Of a DNA stretch of 64,000 nucleotides, positions 50,701-59,757 are shown in pieces; position 1 is the stretch's first letter, and each line of letters opens with the position of its first letter. Below the pieces are notes generated by a model. That model had not been told where the DNA came from. It did not search any database and was given only the letters and a program-made list of their open reading frames with translations. This DNA is from Bacteroidales bacterium (GTDB taxonomy: Bacteria > Bacteroidota > Bacteroidia > Bacteroidales > UBA932): the NCBI GenBank assembly GCA_041659025.1, contig JBAZZA010000006.1:9514-73513 (forward strand). The letters run 5' to 3'. The translations under genes were made by a program, and so were the position numbers.

Positions 50701-51598
50701 CCTCCTCCTTGTGAACAAGGATCGTACTTACACCCGATTCCAGAATAATATCCAAATGGTGCTCATCAAGGACAGTCTCACGGTCCAGAACGATTTCGTT
50801 TCTCTCAATGTAAACTACCTCTCCGGTATCCTCATCAACGAAATCTTCGTTCCATGTCTTTAACACTCTTGCTGCAAGTTTGCTTCCCAGGCATTTCTTA
50901 ATGTTGGCCTTAGTTACTTTTATCTCATTGGCAAGGCCGAAAATGTCAAGGATATCCTTATCACTTTCATAGCCGATTGCTCTGAGAAGGGTTGTAACGG
51001 GCAATTTTTTCTTTCTGTCGATATATGCATACATCACATTGTTGATGTCTGTTGCAAATTCGATCCACGATCCCTTGAATGGGATAATTCGTGCTGAATA
51101 TAGTTTAGTTCCGTTTGCGTGTACGCTCTGTCCGAAAAATACACCAGGGGAGCGGTGTAACTGTGACACGACAATTCTCTCTGAACCATTGATTACAAAT
51201 GTACCTCTTGGGGTCATGTATGGAATTGTCCCGAGATAAACATCTTGAATAACCGTATCGAAATCTTCATGTTCCGGGTCTGTACAGAACAGTTTGAGTT
51301 TTGCTTTAAGAGGAACGCTATATGTTAAACCTCTTTCCAAACACTCCTCGATTGAATAGCGAGGTGGGTCAATAAAATAGTCAATAAACTCAAGAACAAA
51401 ATTATTACGGGTATCTGTAATAGGGAAGATTTCCTGAAAAACCTTGAAAAGGCCTTCGTTCTTACGATTCTCCGGAGTAGTTTCAAGTTGGAAGAAATCC
51501 TTGAAAGACTTCAGCTGCACCTCTAAGAAATCTGGATAATCCAGGAGGGCTTTGGAAGTCGCGAATGTAATCCGCTGATTATTTGTTTTTTGCGACAT
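47780..51598 (-). CDS. rpoB: DNA-directed RNA polymerase beta subunit
   Basis: 1272 aa with GRHGNKGIV and the conserved C-terminal [14 protein letters not shown]. Confidence 0.98.
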   Translation of the reverse strand: MSQKTNNQRITFATSKALLDYPDFLEVQLKSFKDFFQLETTPENRKNEGLFKVFQEIFPITDTRNNFVLEFIDYFIDPPRYSIEECLERGLTYSVPLKAKLKLFCTDPEHEDFDTVIQDVYLGTIPYMTPRGTFVINGSERIVVSQLHRSPGVFFGQSVHANGTKLYSARIIPFKGSWIEFATDINNVMYAYIDRKKKLPVTTLLRAIGYESDKDILDIFGLANEIKVTKANIKKCLGSKLAARVLKTWNEDFVDEDTGEVVYIERNEIVLDRETVLDEHHLDIILESGVSTILVHKEEANISDFAIIHNTLQKDQCNSEKEAVFYTYRQLRNSEPPDEATARDVIDKLFFSDKRYDLGEVGRYRLNHKLNLTTPDETRVLTKADIIEIIRYLIQLINSKATVDDIDHLSNRRIRTVGEQLANQFSVGLSRMARTIRERMNVRDNEVFTPIDLINAKTLSSVINSFFGTSQLSQFMDQTNPLAEMTHKRRLSALGPGGLSRDRAGFEVRDVHYTHYGRLCPIETPEGPNIGLISSLCVYAKINDLGFIETPYRKVENGVVDMTVKGCVYMSAEEEEEKMVAQANVHIDENGNMTDERIKCRFEADYPVVGKEDVNLVDVSPNQIASIAASLIPFLEHDDANRALMGSNMMRQAVPLIKPEAPIVGTGLEGPVVKDSRTQINARGKGEVVYVDAREIHIRYEQTESERFVSFDPEITVYKLPLYRKTNQNTSITLKPIVRKGDKVIGGQIMTDGYATQNGELALGRNLKVAFMPWKGYNFEDAIVLSERLLREDVFTSIHVDEYIMEVRDTKRGMEELTSDIPNVSEEATKDLDENGIIRIGANIEPGDILIGKITPKGESDPSPEEKLLRAIFGDKAGDVKDASLKASPSLRGTIIDKRLFSRVAKENNKKGKSVSKNQIQHAEENFNRKAAILRQNFLERLFSILEGKASQGISDLYGVEIIGKNADFKYDVIEKIDYENINPVKWTADKNTNNLIKQLINNYLIAHKEYDAELKRIKYNLTIGDELPTGIMQLAKVYVAKKRKIKVGDKMAGRHGNKGIVAKVVRDEDMPFLEDGTTVDIVLNPLGVPSRMNLGQIYETVLGWAGVELGQRFSTPIFDGATLDEICDFTSKAGVPRFGKSYLRDGGTGELFDQPATVGVIYMLKLGHMVDDKMHARSIGPYSLITQQPLGGKAQFGGQRFGEMEVWALEAFGAANILQEILTIKSDDVVGRSRAYEAIVKGDPMPTPGIPESLNVLLHELRGLGLSVTLD

Positions 51599-51631
51599 TG
51601 TTTGTGGATTGGTTGAAAATATTCTAAAATA

Positions 51632-51669
51632 ACGACAAAAAGGCTTAGAGCCTTAAATGGCTCTAAACC
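51632..51669 (-). terminator. partial terminator/attenuator between rplL and rpoB
   Basis: The minus strand reads GGTTTAGAGCC-ATTTAA-GGCTCTAAGCC followed by TTTTTGTCGTT. This is the same position as the classical rplL-rpoB attenuator. Confidence 0.55.
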
Positions 51670-51701
51670 TGTTAGTGTGCCCGATGAACGGGATTTTGGA
51701 G

Positions 51702-52076
51702 TTATTTAACTTCAACTTCTCCGCCTGCCTCTTCTAACTGAGCTTTTACTTGTTCAGCTTCTGCTTTGGATACTTTTTCCTTGATAGCCTTTGGAGCTTG
51801 ATCAACCAAGTCTTTAGCCTCTTTCAAACCTAAACCTGTAATTTCTTTTACAGCTTTAACGATTTGTAGTTTAGCCTGACCAGCTGATATAAGGATAACA
51901 TCGAACTGAGTCTGTTCTACTTCAACAGCTGCAGCTGCAGCGGCCGGAGCAGCAACAGCTACGGCAGCTGCTGCAGGTTCAATTCCATATTCATCTTTAA
52001 GGATTTTTGCCAATTCTTGTACATCTTTTACAGATAGGTTAACTAATTCTTCTGCAAATTTTTTGATATCTGCCAT
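51702..52076 (-). CDS. rplL: 50S ribosomal protein L7/L12
   Basis: An Ala-rich hinge and a C-terminal [24 protein letters not shown]. Confidence 0.97.
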   Translation of the reverse strand: MADIKKFAEELVNLSVKDVQELAKILKDEYGIEPAAAAVAVAAPAAAAAAVEVEQTQFDVILISAGQAKLQIVKAVKEITGLGLKEAKDLVDQAPKAIKEKVSKAEAEQVKAQLEEAGGEVEVK

Positions 52077-52109
52077 GGTTATAAATTTTTAAAACGTTTA
52101 AAATTCTTT

Positions 52110-52634
52110 TTATTCTTTTTCTGATAGGGTCTTTACAATACCTGCAATCTTACCACCTGCATTTGATTGAAGTGCAGAGATAACATTTTGAGCAGGAGAT
52201 TGAAGAAGACCGATAATGTCACCGATAAGTTCTTCGCGTGATTTAATAGATACCAATGCGTCAAGCTGATTTTCACCAACATAAGCGCATTCTTGTACCA
52301 TAGCTCCTTTAAGGATGGGTTTGCCATTTTTCTTGCCAAACTCCTGGATCAGTTTTGCAGGGGCACTTGCTGCCTCTGTGAACATAACTGCTGTAGGACC
52401 TTCTAGTACAGGGAATAGTAACTCAGCGTCAGTCAAGGCCATTTTTTCCAAAGCTTTACGAAGGAGGGTGTTTTTTATAACAACCAACTTGATTTGCTTC
52501 TCAAAGCAAGCACGACGTAATTTAGCTGTTTTATCTGCATTTAAACCAGATATGTCAGTTAAATAGAAATTAGGTGTTTGCTTTAATTGTGCTGCCAGAC
52601 TCTCAATAATTTGTTTTTTTTCCTCTTTTTTCAT
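52110..52634 (-). CDS. rplJ: 50S ribosomal protein L10
   Basis: 174 aa, located between rplA and rplL, with typical L10 sequence. Confidence 0.95.
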   Translation of the reverse strand: MKKEEKKQIIESLAAQLKQTPNFYLTDISGLNADKTAKLRRACFEKQIKLVVIKNTLLRKALEKMALTDAELLFPVLEGPTAVMFTEAASAPAKLIQEFGKKNGKPILKGAMVQECAYVGENQLDALVSIKSREELIGDIIGLLQSPAQNVISALQSNAGGKIAGIVKTLSEKE

Positions 52635-52646
52635 AAAACATATTTA

Positions 52647-53348
52647 TTATTCAGCAGCACTTATAGTCTTGCTATCGATATTTATACCAGGGCTCATTGT
52701 TGAGGACAAAAAGATGCTCCTTACATAAGTTCCCTTCAATGCCTGTGGTTTTAATTTGACAACAGTATTCAAGAATTCTATCGCATTCTCTACCAGTGAG
52801 GCAGGAGGGAATGAAACCTTACCTATGCTTGCATGCACTATACCTTGTTTGTCTACCTTAAAGTCTATCTTACCGGCTTTTACCTCGGTGACAGCTTTAC
52901 CAACATCCATGGTTACAGTACCTGTTTTAGGGTTTGGCATCAAGCCACGTGGACCCAGGATACGACCAATTGCGCCTATTTTAGCCATCACCGATGGGGT
53001 GCAAATGATTACATCTATATCTGTCCAGCCATTCTTGATTTTCTCAATATAGTCGTCAAGTCCGACCATGTCAGCACCGGCCTCTCTGGCCTCTGCTTCC
53101 TTGTCCGGAGTACATAGTACCAATACGCGAACTGTCTTGCCTGTTCCATGAGGAAGAGTTACGACGCCGCGTACCATCTGGTTCGCTTTACGAGGGTCTA
53201 CTCCTAAACGGACAGCAATATCAACAGAAGCATCAAACTTGGTGAAAGAAAGTTCTTTTACCAAATCACAAGCTTCAGCCAACTTATACTGTTTAGAAGG
53301 GTCTACCTTTGCGTATACTACTTTTTGATTTTTTGTTAGCTTACTCAT
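52647..53348 (-). CDS. rplA: 50S ribosomal protein L1
   Basis: 233 aa with [16 protein letters not shown]. Confidence 0.97.
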   Translation of the reverse strand: MSKLTKNQKVVYAKVDPSKQYKLAEACDLVKELSFTKFDASVDIAVRLGVDPRKANQMVRGVVTLPHGTGKTVRVLVLCTPDKEAEAREAGADMVGLDDYIEKIKNGWTDIDVIICTPSVMAKIGAIGRILGPRGLMPNPKTGTVTMDVGKAVTEVKAGKIDFKVDKQGIVHASIGKVSFPPASLVENAIEFLNTVVKLKPQALKGTYVRSIFLSSTMSPGINIDSKTISAAE

Positions 53349-53362
53349 TTTCGCAGGATTTA

Positions 53363-53809
53363 TTAGTTAACATCGTCGGGGAATGCTCCTGAAACAGTTA
53401 TACCCATACTTCTTGCTGTACCCGCAACCATAGACATGGCCGACTTAAGGGTAAAAGCGTTCATATCGGGCATTTTATCTGTTGCTATAGCACGGATTTG
53501 TTCCCAAGTGACAGAGCCTACCTTTTTTCTGTTAGGTTCGGCAGATCCTGACTGGATCTTCGCAGCCTCTTTCAACTGTACGGCAACGGGGGGTTGTTTT
53601 ACGATAAATATAAAGGACTTATCGCTGTAAACAGTGATAATGACCGGTAATATCTTACCTGCCTTATCTTGGGTGCGAGCGTTGAACTGCTTGCAAAAAT
53701 CCATTATGTTTACACCCTTCGAACCCAAAGCGGGCCCTACCGGTGGTGAGGGATTAGCTGCGCCGCCTTTAATCTGCAATTTGATGAGAGCGGCAACTTC
53801 TTTAGCCAT
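53363..53809 (-). CDS. rplK: 50S ribosomal protein L11
   Basis: [19 protein letters not shown] motif. Confidence 0.97.
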   Translation of the reverse strand: MAKEVAALIKLQIKGGAANPSPPVGPALGSKGVNIMDFCKQFNARTQDKAGKILPVIITVYSDKSFIFIVKQPPVAVQLKEAAKIQSGSAEPNRKKVGSVTWEQIRAIATDKMPDMNAFTLKSAMSMVAGTARSMGITVSGAFPDDVN

Positions 53810-53821
53810 AATGTTTATTGT

Positions 53822-54376
53822 TTATTCTTTTACTACTTGAACAAAATTTAACTCCAAAAGAGTTTTTCTTCCAAAAATTTTCACCATTACCTTCAGCTTT
53901 TTCTTGTCTTCGATTATCTCTTCAACAGTTCCATCGAAACCATTGAAAGGACCATCTATAACCTTCACTGCTTCTCCTGTGATGAAAGGAGTGATATTCT
54001 CTTCCTCCATATCTACAAGCTCGTCTACGCGTCCTAAAATGCGGTTGACTTCAGACACACGAAGTGGAACAGGTTCTTTGTCTTTTCCAGCTTTTTCTGT
54101 CAGAAAGCCCGAAACATGAGGCAGGTTCCTTATGAGATGTTGAATCTCTCCGGTCAGTGCAGCTTCGATGAGAATGTAGCCTGGATAGAAAATTCTCTCC
54201 ATGCTAACTTTTTTACCATTTTTTACCTGGTAAATTTTCTCTGTGGGAATAAGTACCTGGGATACATAGTCCTGGAGGTTCAATCTCTTGATCTCGTTCT
54301 CTATGTACTCTTTAGCCTTTTTCTCCTTTCCACCGGCAGCTCTGATGACATACCATTTTTTGGAAATTTCACTCAT
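53822..54376 (-). CDS. nusG: transcription termination/antitermination factor NusG
   Basis: WYVIRAAGGKEKKA NGN domain and a C-terminal KOW domain (GEAVKVIDGPFNGFDGTVEE). Confidence 0.96.
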   Translation of the reverse strand: MSEISKKWYVIRAAGGKEKKAKEYIENEIKRLNLQDYVSQVLIPTEKIYQVKNGKKVSMERIFYPGYILIEAALTGEIQHLIRNLPHVSGFLTEKAGKDKEPVPLRVSEVNRILGRVDELVDMEEENITPFITGEAVKVIDGPFNGFDGTVEEIIEDKKKLKVMVKIFGRKTLLELNFVQVVKE

Positions 54377-54380
54377 AAGT

Positions 54381-54575
54381 TTAGTACAACATCTTGTAAA
54401 TAAAAGTCATAATGTTTCTGAACCCAAGGTCCATAGCAAAAATGACCAAAGCAAAAATAAGTGAAGCTATCATAACAACGATAGCCGAACCTTGCAGCTG
54501 ACTCCATGAAGGCCAGCTAACTTTTTTTACCAGTTCAATGTACGATTCTTGAAGATACAACTTAATCTTGTTCAT
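54381..54575 (-). CDS. secE: preprotein translocase subunit SecE
   Basis: 64 aa with a single TM helix, immediately upstream of nusG. Confidence 0.85.
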   Translation of the reverse strand: MNKIKLYLQESYIELVKKVSWPSWSQLQGSAIVVMIASLIFALVIFAMDLGFRNIMTFIYKMLY

Positions 54576-54660
54576 TTTTTTTTGATTATCGTCTGAAACA
54601 AAGGAAGCAATTTCTGTCTCATCCGGATTATTTACTACTGGAGCGTAACCCCCAGTATTG

Positions 54661-54731
54661 CAGGGGCAGAGAGATTCGAACTCCCATCAACGGTTTTGGA
54701 GACCGCTATTCTACCCTTGAACTATGCCCCT
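54661..54731 (-). tRNA. tRNA-Trp (anticodon CCA)
   Basis: The reverse complement is AGGGGCATAGTTCAAGGGTAGAATAGCGGTCTCCAAAACCGTTGATGGGAGTTCGAATCTCTCTGCCCCTG. The cloverleaf folds, the anticodon loop is CUCCAAA, and no CCA is encoded. Confidence 0.9.
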
Positions 54732-54779
54732 AATATATCAAGTCAGCCTCCCCGATTAAAGTTGGCTGACTTGTTGTAA

Positions 54780-55967
54780 TTAGTCTAGGATTTCAGTTAC
54801 CTGACCTGCTCCAACTGTACGGCCACCTTCGCGGATTGCAAAACGCAAACCCTGGTTGATAGCTACTGGATAGATTAGTTCAACTGTAATAGTAACGTTA
54901 TCACCTGGCATTACCATCTCTGTTCCTTCAGGAAGCATGATTTCTCCAGTAATATCCAATGTACGGATAAAGAACTGAGGACGATACCTGTTGTGGAATG
55001 GAGTGTGACGGCCACCTTCGTCTTTCTTAAGTACGTAAATTTCAGCCTTGAACTTCTTGTGTGGAGTTATGGTACCTGGTTTGGCAATAACCTGACCTCG
55101 TTTGATGTCTTTTTTGTCAATACCGCGAAGAAGAAGTCCTACATTGTCACCAGCCTCACCTCTGTCAAGAATCTTACGGAACATCTCAACACCTGTGACA
55201 ACCGATTTTCTTGGCTCTTCGCCAAGACCAATCACATTAATTTCTTCACCTGTTTTGATAACACCAGTTTCAATACGACCAGTTGCAACTGTACCACGAC
55301 CGGTAATCGAGAATACGTCCTCAACAGGCATAAGGAATGGTTTTTCGTTTTCACGAGGAGGAATTGGAATGTATGAGTCTACTGCATCCATAAGTTCCAT
55401 TACTTTTGCTTCCCACTGTGGGTCACCATTAAGTGCACCTAGTGCAGAACCACGGATTACAGGAGCATTATCTCCATCATATTTATAGAATGTAAGAAGT
55501 TCGCGTACTTCCATCTCAACAAGGTCAATCATCTCAGGATCGTCAACAATGTCAACTTTGTTTAGGAATACAACTATCTTAGGAACGTTTACCTGACGGG
55601 CAAGAAGAATATGCTCACGTGTCTGGGGCATTGGACCATCAGTTGCAGCTACTACTATAATTGCTCCGTCCATCTGGGCAGCACCTGTTACCATGTTCTT
55701 AACATAGTCGGCGTGTCCCGGACAGTCTACGTGTGCATAGTGACGTGATGCAGTAGAATACTCAATGTGTGCAGTGTTGATAGTTATACCACGCTCTTTT
55801 TCTTCAGGAGCGTTGTCGATAGAGTCAAATGTACGGATCTCAGAAAGACCTTTACGTGCTAAAACCATTGTGATAGCAGCAGTCAAGGTAGTCTTGCCAT
55901 GGTCAACGTGACCAATGGTTCCGATGTTTACGTGCGGCTTGTCCCTTTTGTAAGTTTCTTTTGCCAT
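54780..55967 (-). CDS. tuf: elongation factor Tu
   Basis: [15 protein letters not shown] and NKVD motifs. 395 aa. Confidence 0.98.
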   Translation of the reverse strand: MAKETYKRDKPHVNIGTIGHVDHGKTTLTAAITMVLARKGLSEIRTFDSIDNAPEEKERGITINTAHIEYSTASRHYAHVDCPGHADYVKNMVTGAAQMDGAIIVVAATDGPMPQTREHILLARQVNVPKIVVFLNKVDIVDDPEMIDLVEMEVRELLTFYKYDGDNAPVIRGSALGALNGDPQWEAKVMELMDAVDSYIPIPPRENEKPFLMPVEDVFSITGRGTVATGRIETGVIKTGEEINVIGLGEEPRKSVVTGVEMFRKILDRGEAGDNVGLLLRGIDKKDIKRGQVIAKPGTITPHKKFKAEIYVLKKDEGGRHTPFHNRYRPQFFIRTLDITGEIMLPEGTEMVMPGDNVTITVELIYPVAINQGLRFAIREGGRTVGAGQVTEILD

Positions 55968-56009
55968 AATAATAGAATTTAATTTATAATGAATTATTTA
56001 CACACTTGT

Positions 56010-56083
56010 AGAGCCGGTGATGGGAATTGAACCCATGGCCTCTTCCTTACCAAGGAAGCGCTCTACCTCTGAGCTACACTGGC
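56010..56083 (-). tRNA. tRNA-Thr (anticodon GGT)
   Basis: The reverse complement is GCCAGTGTAGCTCAGAGGTAGAGCGCTTCCTTGGTAAGGAAGAGGCCATGGGTTCAATTCCCATCACCGGCTCT. The anticodon stem-loop is CTTCC-TTGGTAA-GGAAG. There is one A:C mismatch at acceptor pair 4:69. Confidence 0.85.
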
Positions 56084-56089
56084 TTACTA

Positions 56090-56164
56090 AGAGCGGAAGA
56101 CGAGGTTCGAACTCGCGACCCTCAGCTTGGAAGGCTGATGCTCTACCAACTGAGCTACTTCCGC
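56090..56164 (-). tRNA. tRNA-Gly (anticodon TCC)
   Basis: The reverse complement is GCGGAAGTAGCTCAGTTGGTAGAGCATCAGCCTTCCAAGCTGAGGGTCGCGAGTTCGAACCTCGTCTTCCGCTCT. Confidence 0.9.
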
Positions 56165-56177
56165 AATAAAAAAATAG

Positions 56178-56260
56178 TGGGGAGAGCAGGATTCGAACCT
56201 ACGAAGGCGTAAGCCAGCAGATTTACAGTCTGCCCCAGTTGGCCACTTTGGTATCTCCCC
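56178..56260 (-). tRNA. tRNA-Tyr (anticodon GTA), long variable arm
   Basis: The reverse complement is GGGGAGATACCAAAGTGGCCAACTGGGGCAGACTGTAAATCTGCTGGCTTACGCCTTCGTAGGTTCGAATCCTGCTCTCCCCA. Confidence 0.9.
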
Positions 56261-56285
56261 ATTATTACATTTCTTCAAAAAACTA

Positions 56286-56361
56286 AGAGCCGATGGAGGG
56301 ATTCGAACCCCCGACCAGCTGATTACAAATCAGCTGCTCTGGCCAACTGAGCTACATCGGC
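56286..56361 (-). tRNA. tRNA-Thr (anticodon TGT)
   Basis: The reverse complement is GCCGATGTAGCTCAGTTGGCCAGAGCAGCTGATTTGTAATCAGCTGGTCGGGGGTTCGAATCCCTCCATCGGCTCT. Confidence 0.9.
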
Positions 56362-56396
56362 ATTGTTGCCTAACCCCTTTTTCATTTAAGGGACTG

Positions 56397-56427
56397 CAAA
56401 GATATAGGTTTTTGCTTAAACTCCAAA
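56397..56427 (-). promoter_or_regulatory. candidate promoter of the tRNA(Thr-Tyr-Gly-Thr)-tuf operon
   Basis: On the minus strand, TTTG (56427-56424) is followed after a 19-nt spacer by TATCTTTG (56404-56397), which fits TAnnTTTG. It lies about 36 nt upstream of the first tRNA. Confidence 0.45.
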
Positions 56428-56454
56428 AAAAATTATCAAATAATCGAAAATTGT

Positions 56455-57765
56455 CTACATAAATACCATAAGCCCTATTCTGTATGCAAAAAACCCTGCT
56501 ATCCAGGCTACTGCAATAGTGGAGAAAATTGACAGCAATGCCCATTTCCATGTATTTGTCTCCTTCCTTATGGTATATGCCGTAGCTACACATGGCATGT
56601 ACAGCAGGGCAAAAATCATAAATGAGAGAGCATTTGCTTTGTTGAAAACCTTCTCTTCCTTTATCCTGCTCATTAATGAGGTATTTGCCCTGACTTTTGC
56701 GTGTCGTTCATCTTCGGCGTGGTACACAACTCCTAATGTGCTTATTATAAATTCTTTTGCTGTTATTCCGGTTACGAGGCTCACGCTCATCTTCCAGTCG
56801 AAACCAAGGGGAGCCATTGTTGGCTGGACAACCTTTCCGAATTGTTCCAGATACGAAACGCGATTAACGTCTGGATTATTCTTATCCTTAAGCGGGAAGT
56901 AATCGAGGGCCCATACTATAATTACTGCAAGCAGAACAACAGTGCCTATTTTTTTTATGTATTGCCATGCAGCATCCCACATATTCTTTACTGAACCTTT
57001 CAATGAGGGTTTTCTGTACAGAGGAAGTGGTATTTCGTAGTCTTTTATACCAAAGTTGAAAAATATCTTTTTGAATATGATAGCCATCAGAATACCTGTC
57101 AGGATACCTCCGAAGTATAGAAGGCTTAGTGCTAGAACCTGATTTTGAGGAAAAAAAATACCTGAAAATAGAAGAAATGTGGGGATTCTGGCACTACATG
57201 GTATATATGGTATCATGAGCATTGTCAGAATCCTGTCGGACTTTCTCTTTATTGTCCTTGTGGCCATGATTGCAGGAACATTACAGCCAAAACCCATAAG
57301 CAATGGTATGAAAGAACTTCCGTGCAGTCCTATCCGGTGCATGTATTTGTCCATAATAGTAGCTGCTCTCGGAAGATACTCCGTCTCCTGCAATAGTGAC
57401 AGGAAGAAAAACAGGATCAGGATGTTGGGGAGAAAAGCAAGAACGCTTCCCACTCCCATTATAACCCCCTGACTTAGAAAATCATTGATCCATCCTTCGG
57501 ATAAATTATTGTGGATGAATACTGCACCGCTATCCATCAGCCACTCAATTCCGGCCTGAGGGTAGGCTCCAAGACGGAAGGTGCAGAAAAAGATAAGCCA
57601 GATTATGAATATGAAAATAATAAGTCCCCAGAAAGGATGCGTGAACAAAGAATCAAGCTTTTTTGTATCATGATCTGAAATTCTTCTTTTGTGTTTGGTC
57701 TCCTTATGATACCTGAACTCTTTGAAGTTCCTTATCTCTGTATTTTTATGATTCTTGTGCGACAT
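56455..57765 (-). CDS. FeoB-like membrane (Gate/nucleoside-recognition) protein lacking the N-terminal GTPase domain
   Basis: 436 aa. It matches the FeoB transmembrane core (FTHPFWGLIIF..., GFGCNVPAIMATRTI, MIPYIPCSARIPTF). No G1-G5 GTPase motifs are present and there is no room upstream, because its start overlaps the dxs stop by 20 nt. Confidence 0.7.
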   Translation of the reverse strand: MSHKNHKNTEIRNFKEFRYHKETKHKRRISDHDTKKLDSLFTHPFWGLIIFIFIIWLIFFCTFRLGAYPQAGIEWLMDSGAVFIHNNLSEGWINDFLSQGVIMGVGSVLAFLPNILILFFFLSLLQETEYLPRAATIMDKYMHRIGLHGSSFIPLLMGFGCNVPAIMATRTIKRKSDRILTMLMIPYIPCSARIPTFLLFSGIFFPQNQVLALSLLYFGGILTGILMAIIFKKIFFNFGIKDYEIPLPLYRKPSLKGSVKNMWDAAWQYIKKIGTVVLLAVIIVWALDYFPLKDKNNPDVNRVSYLEQFGKVVQPTMAPLGFDWKMSVSLVTGITAKEFIISTLGVVYHAEDERHAKVRANTSLMSRIKEEKVFNKANALSFMIFALLYMPCVATAYTIRKETNTWKWALLSIFSTIAVAWIAGFFAYRIGLMVFM

Positions 57766-59614
57766 TCAGTATTGTTTTGTAAATGCTGTCCTCATCGTAT
57801 CCGCACTCGGCCTGCAACTCAGGAATTGTTCCTTGTTCGATGAATCTGTCCGGAACTCCGAGACCTATTACCTTTACAGCAAGAGCGCCGGATGCTATAT
57901 ACTCGCTGACTGCAGAAAATAGCCCTCCTATGACAGATGCGTCTTCTACGGTAATTATAGTTTTACATTTGTTAGTTGCATTTTTTAGCGCATCAAGGTC
58001 AATCGGCTTTAGAAAACGCATATCGTAATGCATTACAGAGATGCCTATGCTTACTGCTCTATGTACAGCTTCAGCTGCCCTGTTTCCGATTGTACCTATA
58101 CTCAGGATTGCTATATTTTCCCCGTCTGTCAAAAGAGTGGCTTTTCCAATCTCTGTCATTTTGAATTCACCCTTCCATTCCAGTCCTTCGCCATACCCTC
58201 TCGGATATCTGATTACTGTTGATCCATATTCCGGAAACTGTGCCGAATATAGCAGGTTTCTAAGTTCCTTTTCATTTATTGGTGCCGATATGGTAAGGTT
58301 AGGAACACATCTGAAATATGACAGATCGAATACTCCATGGTGAGTCGCACCGTCCTCACCGACAAGGCCGCCTCTGTCCAGACAGAAAACCACTTTTAGA
58401 TTTTGAAGGGCAACATCGTGGATGACACAATCATATGCCCTTTGCATAAAACTGGAGTAAATATTGCAATAGGGGAGAAAGCCCTGCGATGCCAGTCCTG
58501 CGGAAAATGTAACTGCATGCTGTTCTGCAATTCCAACATCAAAGGATCTTTCGGGTAGCTCCTTCATAATTATATTCATAGAACAGCCCGAAGGCATTGC
58601 CGGAGTGATGCCGATAATTTTGGGGTTTTCTTTGGCGAGCTCTAAAAGTGTCTCTCCGAAAACATCCTGGTATTTTGTTCTCGTCTCTTGTTGGTCTGCA
58701 CTCTTCTTACCTGTGATTTTATCGAATGTTCCGGGTGCGTGCCAGCCAATCTGATCCAACTCTGCAGGTTTGAATCCTTTTCCTTTTTTTGTAACAATGT
58801 GAAGCAGTTTTGGGCCCTTTATCTCTTTAAGACTGGAGAGAGTTGTGATAAGCTGCCCAAGATCATTACCGTCAATTGCGCCGAAATACCTGAATCCCAA
58901 GGACTCAAATATGGAGCCACTTTTAAATATGGCAGCCTTTGTACTGAACACAAACTTCTGAATTATGCTCCTGAGCCATTTTGAACCGATAGTTTCCCAG
59001 ATTTTGTTTTTGAACCTGTTATATGACTGTGATGTTGTTAGACGCAAAAGATAGTTGTGCATTGCCCCGACGTTTGGATCAATTGAAATCTGGTTGTCGT
59101 TTAGAATGACCAGAATATCTGACTTGAGGGCACCTGCATTGTTAAGTCCCTCATAAGCCAACCCTCCTGTTAGTGCCCCATCACCAATTATTGCTATTAT
59201 TTTATCTTTTTTCCCCTGCAGATGAGATGCTACTGATATTCCCAGTGCCGCAGAAATTGAGGTAGATGAGTGCCCGACGCCAAATGCATCATAAGGACTC
59301 TCAGATATTTTTGGAAATCCGCTTATTCCCTGATATTTGCGATTGTTTACAAACTGATCCCTTCTGCCTGTCAGAATTTTGTGAGAGTATGCCTGATGGC
59401 CGACATCCCATATAAGTTTATCATTTGGAGTGTTGTATACATAATGCAGGGCTACCGTCAATTCTACTGTACCCAGACTTGCTCCTATATGACCAGGATT
59501 TTGTGCACAACATTCAATGATATACTCTCTTAATTCGTTGCAGACTTTTTGTAGATCATTATTATTCAAATCTTTGAGATCTGCGGGACTATTTATTTTA
59601 TCAAGAATTTCCAC
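57746..59614 (-). CDS. dxs: 1-deoxy-D-xylulose-5-phosphate synthase
   Basis: GHIGASLG, GDGALTGG TPP motif and VGIAEQHAVTF. 622 aa. Confidence 0.95.
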   Translation of the reverse strand: MEILDKINSPADLKDLNNNDLQKVCNELREYIIECCAQNPGHIGASLGTVELTVALHYVYNTPNDKLIWDVGHQAYSHKILTGRRDQFVNNRKYQGISGFPKISESPYDAFGVGHSSTSISAALGISVASHLQGKKDKIIAIIGDGALTGGLAYEGLNNAGALKSDILVILNDNQISIDPNVGAMHNYLLRLTTSQSYNRFKNKIWETIGSKWLRSIIQKFVFSTKAAIFKSGSIFESLGFRYFGAIDGNDLGQLITTLSSLKEIKGPKLLHIVTKKGKGFKPAELDQIGWHAPGTFDKITGKKSADQQETRTKYQDVFGETLLELAKENPKIIGITPAMPSGCSMNIIMKELPERSFDVGIAEQHAVTFSAGLASQGFLPYCNIYSSFMQRAYDCVIHDVALQNLKVVFCLDRGGLVGEDGATHHGVFDLSYFRCVPNLTISAPINEKELRNLLYSAQFPEYGSTVIRYPRGYGEGLEWKGEFKMTEIGKATLLTDGENIAILSIGTIGNRAAEAVHRAVSIGISVMHYDMRFLKPIDLDALKNATNKCKTIITVEDASVIGGLFSAVSEYIASGALAVKVIGLGVPDRFIEQGTIPELQAECGYDEDSIYKTILNVAQES

Positions 59615-59757
59615 TTTAAAGTTCTCTATATTTAAAACGTAGCAAGTTACAACATATTTGCCATATGGCAGAATTTAAATTTTATTTTGCCATTTGAAGA
59701 AAATAGTATATTTTGCTGACCTTTTTATAACAAATAATCACTTAAAATAGTTTAACT

